Source: Planctomycetota bacterium
Lineage (GTDB): Bacteria; Planctomycetota; SZUA-567; H5-PLA8
Direction of reading: 5' to 3'
Assembly: GCA_036504595.1 (NCBI GenBank)
Contig: DASXUX010000047.1
Span: 66,662-130,661, forward strand
Length of the DNA stretch: 64,000 nt
Part shown: positions 55,670 to 64,000 of the stretch, piece after piece
Layout: the number at the start of each line of letters is the position of its first letter
How positions within the stretch are numbered: the first letter of the stretch is position 1
Notes under the pieces: generated by a model
The model's input: only the letters and a program-made list of their open reading frames with translations
The model's database searches: none
What the model was told of the DNA's origin: nothing
Made by a program: the position numbers and the translations under genes

Positions 55670-58600
55670 ATGCGGCGCGCAGTTTTCTGCTTCGGAATAC
55701 TGGCCTTGGCCATGTGCTCGTTTTTGCCTGCCGCCACGCTTTATGTCGATGCCAGCGCCCCCGCCGGCGGCAACGGCCAGGCGTGGTCCACCGCCTTCAC
55801 CGATCTGCAAGCCGCCCTCGACATCGCGCAGAGCGGCGACGAAATCCGCGTGGCGCATGGGACGTACAAGCCGACGAAGCAAACAAATCCGCCCAACCCG
55901 CGTTCAGCAATGTTCCAGTTGATCTCCGGCACGACGCTCAAAGGAGGCTACGCAGGAGTCGCTGGACCTGATCCGGATGCAAGGGACTTCACTGCGCACG
56001 AGACGATCCTGAGCGGGGATTTGAATGGGGATGATGACCCAACTAAGGCGCTGAACGACCCAGCGAGGAACAACGAAGAAAATTGTTACCGCATAATCAA
56101 CGGGGAGACGGACATCAGCGGCTTTACAATTGAAGGCGGTAATGCGAACGGTGCCTTGTGCTCTTTCGGAGCAGCGATCGGCGATGGCGGAAGCGGAGGC
56201 ATCATACTCGATTGTACTTTTCGGGGAAACCACGGCGATGGAGATGGGGGTGCAATCTCTGCTACCGGCAATGTCCAGATAATTCGGTGCAAGTTTTTCG
56301 ACAACCACGCCAATTGTGGTGGGGCTATTTACAGCACATCCTCTATCGCTTTGATTGAAAGATGCCTGTTCTCCCAAAATAGTGCTTCGTCCAATGGTGG
56401 AGCCGTGCGATTCTATGCAAACAGCTACTCCGTTACCGTCGAAAATTCTATCTTCTTAGGAAATACATCGACAGATGGCGCGGCCATAGACTTCGGGGTT
56501 GTCGGCATTTCGCCACACGTCGTCAACTGCACGTTCTACGGGAATTCGGCCACCAATGCGGGGGGGGGCGATCTGCAACCAGTCCGCCAGCCCCACCCTC
56601 ACCAACCTCATCTGTTGGGGTGACAGCCCCGGCGAAATCTACAGCGACGCGAACAGCTACCCCTCCATCACCTACTGCTGCATCCAAGGTTGGTCCTCCG
56701 GCGGCACCGGCAACATCTCCTCCGACCCGCTCTTCGTCAACCCACTCGGAGCCGACGGCATCGCCGGCACCGAAGACGACGACCTGCGCCTCAAGCCGCG
56801 CTCGCCCTGCATCGACGCGGGCAGCAACGCCGCCGTGCGCTCGGGCGTCACGACCGATCTGGACGGCAACCCGCGTTTCGTTGACGACCCAGCGGTCGCC
56901 GACACCGGCAGCGGCAGTTCACCCGTCGTGGATATGGGCGCCTACGAGAAACAGAACCGCTCCGCACTTATCTTCTACGTGGACGCCAGCGCGCCACCGC
57001 TTGGGAACGGCCTCTCCTGGGGGACAGCTTTCAACGATCTCCAGGCCGCTCTCGACATGGCCGAACCCGGTGACGAAATCCGCGTCGCGCAAGGGATATA
57101 TAAGCCCTCGAAGCAGACGAATCCGAGCCTTCCCCGCACGGCGACGTTCCAGTTAATCGCGGGGACCACGATGAGAGGCGGGTTCGCGGGAATTGCGAGC
57201 CCCGAACCGGATTCGCGGGACCTGGCGGTGTTCGGCGCGACGCTGAGCGGCGACATCGGCACCACAGGCGATAACTCCGACAACTGCTACCACGTCTTGA
57301 GCGCCAGCGGCGACATGCAGAACGGCGCCGTTGATGGCTTCACGATCACCGCCGGGAACGCCAACGGAGCCAGTCCTTTCAATTCTGGCGGCGGTGCGTT
57401 CTTCAGCCTCGTAAACAATCTCGCCATCACAAACAGCCTCTTCAGTACCAATTGCGCCGACTCTCGCGCTGGCGCAATGTACAACGACCGCTCTTCCCCG
57501 ACGATCGTGCGATGCGCTTTCACCGGCAACACCGCAGTAAACGCAAACAGCTGTGGCGGGATGTTCAACGACAACAACGCCTCGCCTAGCATCACTGACT
57601 GCACTTTCAGCGGGAACACCGGCAATGACGGCGGCGGGATATACAACTTCAACTACTCCTCTCCCGCAATCACCAACTGCATCTTCAGAGGCAACGTCGG
57701 TAACTACGGGGCCGGGATGTTCAACTATCTGTATTCGTCACCGACCGTAGTGAACTGCGTGTTTGATGCGAATACCGCCAACTACTCTGGTGGTGGAATG
57801 TACAACCAGAACGGCTGCTCGCCTGCCATAGCAAATTGCACCTTCGCCGGCAACGATGCGACTGCCCACGATGGCGGTGGGATGTACAACTACGACGCGT
57901 CGCCCGTCGTAACGAACTGTATCTTCTGGGGCGACACTGCAGGGGGTGCTGGCCCGGAAATCTGCGATTCGTCGTCCAGTACGATCGTGGCGTACACCTG
58001 TGTCGCGGGCGGCTACATCGGCACCGGCAACATCTCCTCCGACCCACTCTTCGTCAACCCACTCGGAACGGACGGGATCGCCGGAACTGAGGATGATGAC
58101 TTGCGGCTTCGGGCCGGTTCGCCCTGCATCGACGCCGGCCAAAACGCCGCCGTTCCATCCGGCGTCACGACCGATCTCGCTGGAAACCCCCGTTTCGCAG
58201 AAGACCCCGACGCGGCCAACACCGGTAGCGGCACTGCGCCGATCGTGGACATGGGCGCTTACGAAGGCGCGTTGCGCCCCGTTGCACTTGGCGATTCGTA
58301 TGTTGTCGGCTCCAACGAAATACTCAGCGTTTCGGCGGCGGGCGTCCTGATCAACGACAGTGATCCGCTCGGAACTGTCCTCAGCGCCATTCTGGAAACC
58401 GATGTCGGCCATGGCACGCTGTCGTTGAATAGCGATGGTTCGTTCACCTATACGCCCACGACAGATTACGTCGGCCCGGATTCCTTCAAATACCGCGCGA
58501 AGAACAGTTTAGGAGACGTCTCGTTTATCGCCACCGTTTCCATCGATGTCGCCGGCCTCTTGACGATCACGCAGACTTCGCCGCAGCCGGGCTCCGTCCT

Positions 58601-61600
58601 CGCGGTCGCGCCTTCAGAGATCAAGGTCTGGTGCGACCTCGACGTTGATCCGGCCGCAGTCAATGCAGACACGGTAAAACTCGTGGGCAGCGGACCCGAC
58701 CGGGTCTTCGGTACATCAGATGACATCCAGATCACGCCATCATCGCTCACGGCCACGGGCAATACGCTGACGCTCGACGTGAACGGTCTGCTGGACCCAG
58801 GACAGCGCTACAGAGTAACCGTGAAGAGCGGCACTGGCACCGGGGGCCTGGTTTTCGGAGGCAGCCATCGCGTAATCATCCCGGACCAGACATGCTATCG
58901 GCTCACGGATCTCACGGTGGAGGCGTGGGTCAATCTGGCATCGCTGCCAAGCGATCAGGTGCAGATCTTCATCCGCGATGACGACCGCCCCGGCTATGAA
59001 CCTTTTGATTTGAGACTGGCGTCCGGTGGCATGGCGCAGTTCTGCATTGCAACCGCGACAAACGCGGAGTTTATCGCCAACTCCGGCTGGGCTCTTACGC
59101 CGGGAACTTGGACACACTTGGCCGGCGTCTTCGATTCCTCGACGAAGGTTCTGCGAATGTATGTAGACGGCCAAAGCCGGGGCTCGGCAACCGCCAGCGA
59201 TGTGCCTTTGCAGATCCTCACGGGCGGCTTTCCCAGCCTGGGGATCGGCGACCTTAGTCCGCCTGACTGCGGGCCCCAGTTCTTCAATGGGAGCATTCGC
59301 GACGTTCGAATTTGGGGCGTGGCGCGCACGCAGACTGAAATCCAGGCGAGCATGAACGGCGGCCTCATCGGCAGCGAAACAGGGCTGGTTGGCTACTGGC
59401 CGCTGAATGAAGGCGCCGGTCAGATCGTTCACGATCTCACCACGCACGCGAATAATGGCACGCTCGGTATCGACGCCAATCCTGGCAGCGACGATCCGAG
59501 TTGGCTCGCGGGTGGTGGCGTCCTGAGTTCGCATGGCAAAGTTCTGGATGGCGAATACAGCGGCACCTTCCCATCCGGAAACGGAACCGCTGGCGGAGAT
59601 TTCGTTGTCGAATTCAGCGTTAACGCCCCGCCCGTCGCCGACTCGAAAAGCATCAGTACTCATCGGAACGCCACGGTGGCGAGTACGCTTGCCGTCAGCG
59701 ACGCGGACGGCGACACGTTGAGCTACTCGATCGTCGCACAACCGCAGCACGGCGCCTTAAGCGGGACCGCGCCGAATCTCAACTACGCGCCGAATGCCGG
59801 CTATGTGGGCTCGGATAGCTTCACGTTCAAAGTCAACGATGGGCTTGCGGACAGCAATACAGCGGCAATTTCAATTGATGTGACCAACACGGTCCCTGCT
59901 GCCGCGGCCAAGAACGTCAGTACGCACGGAGGTATGGCAACAGAGATAGTGCTTAGCGCCAGCGATGCCGACAGTGACACACTAAGCTACTCGGTTGTTG
60001 CGCAGCCGCAGCACGGCGCATTAAGTGGCACCGCACCAAATCTCAGCTACACGCCGGCCGCCGGTTATCTGGGGTCGGACAGCTTTACCTTCAAGGCCAA
60101 CGATGGTCTGGTGGACAGTAACACAGCGACAGTCTCCATCGATGTGACCAACAACGCCCCAGTCGCCGCCGACCAGAACGTTAGCACGCACTGGAGTACG
60201 GTGATTGATGTAGTTCTGAGTGGCAGCGACAGTGATGGCAACCCGTTGAGCTACTCTGTCGTCGCGCAACCGCAGCACGGCAGCCTGAGCGGCACTGTGC
60301 CGAACGTCACCTACACTCCTGTCGGAAACTTCAGCGGGACGGATTCCTTCATGTTCACGGTCAACGACGGTACGTGCGACAGCAACACCGCGACCGTGTC
60401 CATCCAGGTCACGAACCGCTCTCCTGCCGCCACTGGCCAGCAGCTATCTGTCCATTCCGGCACCGCCAAGCAGATGACTCTAGCCGGCAGCGACGCCGAC
60501 AACGACGCGCTCAGCTTCGCCGTTGTGACTCAGCCACAGCACGGCACTTTGTCCGGCACTGCGCCGAACCTCACTTACGCACCCACCGGCCATTTCGCCG
60601 GCAGCGACTCCTTCACCTTCAAAGTCAACGACGGCATCACCGACAGCGCCGCCGCCACCGTCTCTATTACTGTCGCCAACTCCGCCCCGACCGTCACAGC
60701 CGGCGCGTCGCTGCTTGCTGTTCCGCCGGGAAGTGCCGCGTCTTTCTTCGCCAGCGGAAACGACCCCGACGGCGACGCCATCACCTACGCTTGGAATTTC
60801 GGCGACGGCGCGACCTCGACCGAACAGAATCCCTCGCACAGCTATCTTTCCGACGGCATCTATTCTCCGACCGTCACGGTCACCGACGGCGCGGGCGCGA
60901 GCGGTTCCAGCAGCGTGACCATCACAGTCAGCAAAGCCCCCACCGCGCGCCTGACGACCAGCGACGTCGTGGCGTTCTCGACGCAGGCGTTCACGTTCGA
61001 TGCCAGCGCGAGCACCGATCCCGAAAACCAGATCGCCTCCTATTCGTGGAATTTCGGCGACGGCACGCCGCTTGGGTCCGGGCAGGTGATCTCCAAAGTT
61101 TACGATGAGCCTGGCACCTACGCCGTGACGCTGACCATTACCGACGCGGCAGGCGTGGCCACGACGATTCAGCGCGACATCGAAGTGCTGCCTGCCTCCG
61201 AAGCCGGCCTCTTTAACGCCTACGTCCGCTACAAAGTCTCGTGGAACCGCAAAACCGAAAACGCCGACACCTTCAGCCTCGACGCGACCGTCAATGTCGG
61301 CGATCTGGTCGTCGGAAAAGGCGCAGCCGTCGCGTTCGAAGTCGCCGGCCAGCGCTTCACCGGCGTCCTCGACAAGAAACTGCGCGACACCAGCCACCGC
61401 GAAGCCAAATGGCAGGTCAAGGCCAGTCTTCGCGGCCAGCCCATCGGCACCGTCTGGATCAAGGCCGACATCAAGAAGGCCAGCCTCGGCGCCGGCTTCA
61501 ATCAGCAGGGAATCCTCGGCAACGGCGACCCGCACGATTCCGTGAGCGCCGACGTTCCGCTCAAACTCGAAATCGCCGGCCGCAGCTTTGAGATCCAGAT

Positions 61601-61661
61601 CCCCTCGGAGTTCAGATTCAACGCCGAAGGCACCAAAGCCAAAGGCACCGGCTCGTTCTAG
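55670..61661 (+). CDS. giant secreted adhesin-like protein (2 x beta-helix modules, Ig-like, LamG, 4 x cadherin/VCBS-like repeats, 2 x PKD), interrupted by a frameshift at a G9 tract
   Basis: Track ORFs 55484-56623 (frame 2) and 56499-61661 (frame 0). Signal peptide MRRAVFCFGILALAMCSFLPAA. Removing one G at 56560-56568 gives ...GNSATNAGGAICNQSASPTLTNLICWGD, colinear with the second module. Confidence 0.8.
55739..58268 (+). repeat. coding tandem duplication of a beta-helix module of about 1234 nt (about 411 aa)
   Basis: LYVDASAPAGGNGQAWSTAFTDLQAALDIAQSGDEIRVAHGTYKP vs FYVDASAPPLGNGLSWGTAFNDLQAALDMAEPGDEIRVAQGIYKP. Also GNISSDPLFVNPLGADGIAGTEDDDLRL vs GNISSDPLFVNPLGTDGIAGTEDDDLRL. Confidence 0.85.
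59622..60680 (+). repeat. four in-frame tandem repeats of about 264 nt (88 aa) encoding Ig/cadherin-like modules
   Basis: Each copy contains SDADGDTLSYS(I/V)VAQPQHG(A/S/T)LSGTAPNL.Y.P...GSDSFTFK.NDG..DSN.A..SI.V.N. Confidence 0.85.
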
Positions 61662-61663
61662 TT

Positions 61664-61730
61664 GCGGATTGTAGATTGTAGATTGCAGATTGAACAGTGG
61701 CCGCAGATGAACGCAGATGGGATAGAGCGA
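61664..61730. repeat. GCGGATT/GTAGATT heptamer array (61664-61695) followed by a CAGATGAAC-family word (61699-61730), directly after the adhesin stop
   Basis: gcggatt gtagatt gtagatt gcagatt gaac; gccgcagatgaacgcagatgggatagag. Confidence 0.8.
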
Positions 61731-61812
61731 TTCACGTTTGTTCGTGCCTGGCTGTCCCGCTCCAACTCGTCGCTCTTGGCTGCGCAAGCGACTTCCAGGC
61801 CGTTGCTCTCAA

Positions 61813-61886
61813 GAGCCAAGAGCTAAGAGCTAAGAGCCAAGAGCTAAGAGCCAAGAGCTAAGAGCTAAGAGCTAAGAGCTAGGAGC
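61813..61886. repeat. 10.6 tandem copies of heptamer GAGCCAA/GAGCTAA
   Basis: Counted copy by copy: gagccaa gagctaa gagctaa gagccaa gagctaa gagccaa gagctaa gagctaa gagctaa gagctag gagc. Confidence 0.9.
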
Positions 61887-61999
61887 ACGTTGAGCGAACG
61901 GGCTACATCCCCGGGTGAAATACTCTAGCAATCCGGCCCGGCCGGGCACTTCCCCCGCCGCGCAGCACGGCACCGATCTCGGCCGTCCACGCCGGTTGT

Positions 62000-62034
62000 C
62001 CCTGCCTCCCGCCTCCCGCCTCCTGCTTCCTGCG
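62000..62034. repeat. CCTGCCT-family heptamer array 10 nt from the 3' end of tRNA-Cys
   Basis: ccctgcc tcccgcc tcccgcc tcctgct tcctgcg. Confidence 0.8.
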
Positions 62035-62044
62035 TACTTTTGTT

Positions 62045-62119
62045 TGGAGGCCCCGCCCGGATTCGAACCGGGGTATAACGGTTTTGCAAACCGTCGCCTT
62101 ACCACTTGGCTACGGGGCC
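62045..62119 (-). tRNA. tRNA-Cys (anticodon GCA), CCA encoded
   Basis: Minus strand reads GGCCCCG-TA-GCC-AAGTGGTAA-GGC-G-ACGGT-TTGCAAA-ACCGT-TATAC-CCCGG-TTCGAAT-CCGGG-CGGGGCC-T-CCA, a clean cloverleaf with a TTCGAAT T-loop. Confidence 0.9.
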
Positions 62120-62182
62120 AGAACATTTCAATATAACAACTTAGATGCTTCCCGCTTGACTCCTGTCCAAGAGATCAAATTC

Positions 62183-62908
62183 ATGCCCGAAACCGACGAC
62201 CTTCCCGATGTCCGATGGCTGCTTTCTTCGCCACGCAAGTATGAGCCGTCCATGAGTTCAAGCGGCATTTTACAGTTCCGCCATCCCTGGGTTGTGATCC
62301 TATTGCCCTCTGGCGAACCCGGCCCTGGACTCAACATCTGCCGCTCGTTCGCCAGACTCGATCCCGCTCAGCGCGGCGAAGTCCATCTTTCAGCGCAGGC
62401 GCTGCTGAATGCCGCTCCGCGCCAGCGGGTTGCCGCCCGACCCGAAACAAATCCCAGACTTCTCGATGCGTACTTCGACCCCATCGAGGAATTGGAGGAA
62501 ATCGCCCGCGACGCTGACCTCACGGGCCGGGTCTCACCTCCAGGCGCTCCCCTTCAAGTCGACATTGGGGGCGTCGTTGTCAGCGGGCATATTCTAAAGG
62601 ATCCCGTAGAACTTTTCAAGTTGGGCCAGCACATCAAAGCGCTAACCGATGCAAATGTGGGGCATATTCAGGCCAAGACCGCAATGCGGCGCGAGATCGA
62701 GGATCTGAATCGAATTCTTGCGCAGGAAGATCGCCAACTCAACAACCACGTGACTGCCACCCTCGGCAAAGCACTCACCGCGTTTCAGAAAGACTACAAA
62801 CCCGGTGATCCACAAACCAAGACTGCTGTCGAGGCCACGCTCAGCAAGTTCGTGTACGGCGGGGGTAAATGGGGTGAAGGCGAGATCGGAGACTCGTTGA
62901 TGAGGTGA
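62183..62908 (+). CDS. hypothetical protein (241 aa), no recognisable domain
   Basis: Track ORF 62084-62908 begins inside the tRNA. The first ATG outside the tRNA is 62183 (MPETDDLPDVRW). Confidence 0.45.
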   Translation: MPETDDLPDVRWLLSSPRKYEPSMSSSGILQFRHPWVVILLPSGEPGPGLNICRSFARLDPAQRGEVHLSAQALLNAAPRQRVAARPETNPRLLDAYFDPIEELEEIARDADLTGRVSPPGAPLQVDIGGVVVSGHILKDPVELFKLGQHIKALTDANVGHIQAKTAMRREIEDLNRILAQEDRQLNNHVTATLGKALTAFQKDYKPGDPQTKTAVEATLSKFVYGGGKWGEGEIGDSLMR

Positions 62909-63169
62909 GGTTCTCGTCAGGGCTCAGCAACGTTCACGCGATCCTGATCACGAACTCTGGAAATACGGCCCAGATGAATGGCGGCACACGTTCGGCACAC
63001 TTCTTGCCGTCAGCGGCAAGAACATGAGCGGAATTGCCAAATGGATGCGCAATTCATACGAAGTCGTCGCCGCATCGTACGTGAACTTCAACCCCACCGA
63101 CGAATGCGTCAGAGGCCGGCTGAAATGGGACTGATCCGCGGACTCGCATGAGCACCTATTCGGCGCGTT

Positions 63170-64000
63170 GTGACGCAGAACACGTGGTCCCGCGCGGCGG
63201 ACCTGATCACGCCCCGCGACTCATTCATCGCCACCCTGTTGCCTAACGGCAAGGTTCTGGTGGCCGGCGGCGAGAGCCTGGATGGCTTTGGCGGCGGGTC
63301 GGTGCTTCAGAGTTCCGAGCTATACGACCCGGCTTCGAACACTTGGTCAGCAACGGGCAATCTTCCCGCCAAAACGGTGTCGTTCTCAGGCAGCTTATTG
63401 CCCAACGGAAAAGTATTAATCTCCGGTGGCGATGACGGCGTCACCACCTTGGCTTCGGCTGCACTCTATGATCCGGATTCCGGAACTTGGCGCGCGACGA
63501 CCAGCCTGAACACCGCCCGATACTTTCATACGTCTACGCTGCTGCCCAACGGACTTGTTCTTGTGAGCGGTGGGAACGACCGAAGCGCTGGCTATCGGTT
63601 AGGCGGGGAACTCTACGATTACGCCGCAGGAAGCTGGAGCGCGACGGGGAGCCTCACCACCGCGCGCCGTTCGCATACCGCGACGCTGCTGCCAAACGGC
63701 CAAGTGCTCGTTACCGGAGGCGTTAACGGCAGCGCCGTTCTTGGCACCTCCGAGCTGTATGACCCCGCCTTCGCCCAACCCGGCAGAAGTCAACCAGAGC
63801 GTTTCGTTCAGCGTCTCGGCCAGCGATTCGGATGGCGACACGCTGAGCTACAGTTGGGACTTTGGCGACGGAACGACCGGGAGCGGCGCGTCCCCGTCGC
63901 ATGCTTACGCAGCAAGCGGATCCTACAACGCAACGGTGACCGTCAGCGACGGCAAGGGTGGAAGCACGAACAGCAACGTTTCGCTGAACGTCAAAGAGAA
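63170..64000 (+). pseudogene. Kelch-repeat (frame 2) plus PKD-domain (frame 0) protein fragment with a frameshift near 63777-63783; continues past the window end
   Basis: Own translation, not in the track because there is no stop. Repeats: LLPNGKVLVAGG...ELYDPASNTWSATG, LLPNGKVLISGG...ALYDPDSGTWRAT, LLPNGLVLVSGG...ELYDYAAGSWSATG, LLPNGQVLVTGG...ELYDPA. Then, in another frame, AEVNQSVSFSVSASDSDGDTLSYSWDFGDGTTGSGASPSHAY...VTVSDGKGG. Only a GTG start, and no signal peptide. Confidence 0.5.

Noticed and set aside
61813-61886. Could the tandem arrays be CRISPR arrays?
   Set aside because: The units are 7 nt long and contiguous, with no unique spacers of 25-40 nt, and there are no cas genes in the window. 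They are microsatellite-like arrays, not CRISPR.
61872-62136. ORFs 61872-62126 (-) and 61915-62136 (+), and the 5' part of ORF 62084-62908
   Set aside because: They overlap the tRNA-Cys gene and heptamer arrays. Their translations (for example PPASRLLLPAYF) are read-through of repeats.
62904-63134. Protein-like open frame ...DHELWKYGPDEWRHTFGTLLAVSGKNMSGIAKWMRNSYEVVAASYVNFNPTDECVRGRLKWD
   Set aside because: It has no ATG/GTG/TTG start before the internal Met (only 35 codons remain), and stops lie directly upstream. Not called as a gene. Mentioned only as a possible remnant.

Overview
64-kb, visibly GC-rich bacterial chromosomal segment (GC content not computed). The gene content suggests a Planctomycetota/PVC-like organism, by inference only: a TAT-signal Gfo/Idh/MocA oxidoreductase next to a DUF6807/PmoA-like protein, FHA-DUF4388, a Ser/Thr kinase, DUF4254, a Zn-ribbon L28, and very large secreted proteins with CBM9-like, beta-propeller, beta-helix, LamG and PKD modules. 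Genes recognised with confidence are secA, murA, rpmB, an EF-G paralog, a cspA-type cold-shock gene, nadE, typA/bipA, folK, a serA-like dehydrogenase, corA, pcp, a UbiA prenyltransferase, an ABC exporter with DUF1854, a CbpA/DnaJ-type chaperone and tRNA-Cys(GCA). I saw no rRNA, CRISPR array, transposase or integrase. The most unusual signals are: (1) almost every intergenic gap is filled by tandem arrays of short, mostly 7-nt 'word' repeats from about 13 families, often arranged as inverted arms that would form long hairpins, plus composite repeats carrying conserved palindromes; (2) the same repeat families run into the annotated N-termini or signal peptides of three secreted proteins; (3) three interrupted genes: an in-frame TGA in a membrane coiled-coil protein, a G9-tract frameshift in a roughly 2000-aa adhesin-like gene, and a frameshift between Kelch and PKD modules; (4) a tightly packed operon of a GntR/PBP regulator and two giant secreted proteins of unknown function; (5) a candidate promoter-to-terminator small RNA or leader upstream of the EF-G paralog. 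All family names come from motif recognition by eye and memory. No searches were run.
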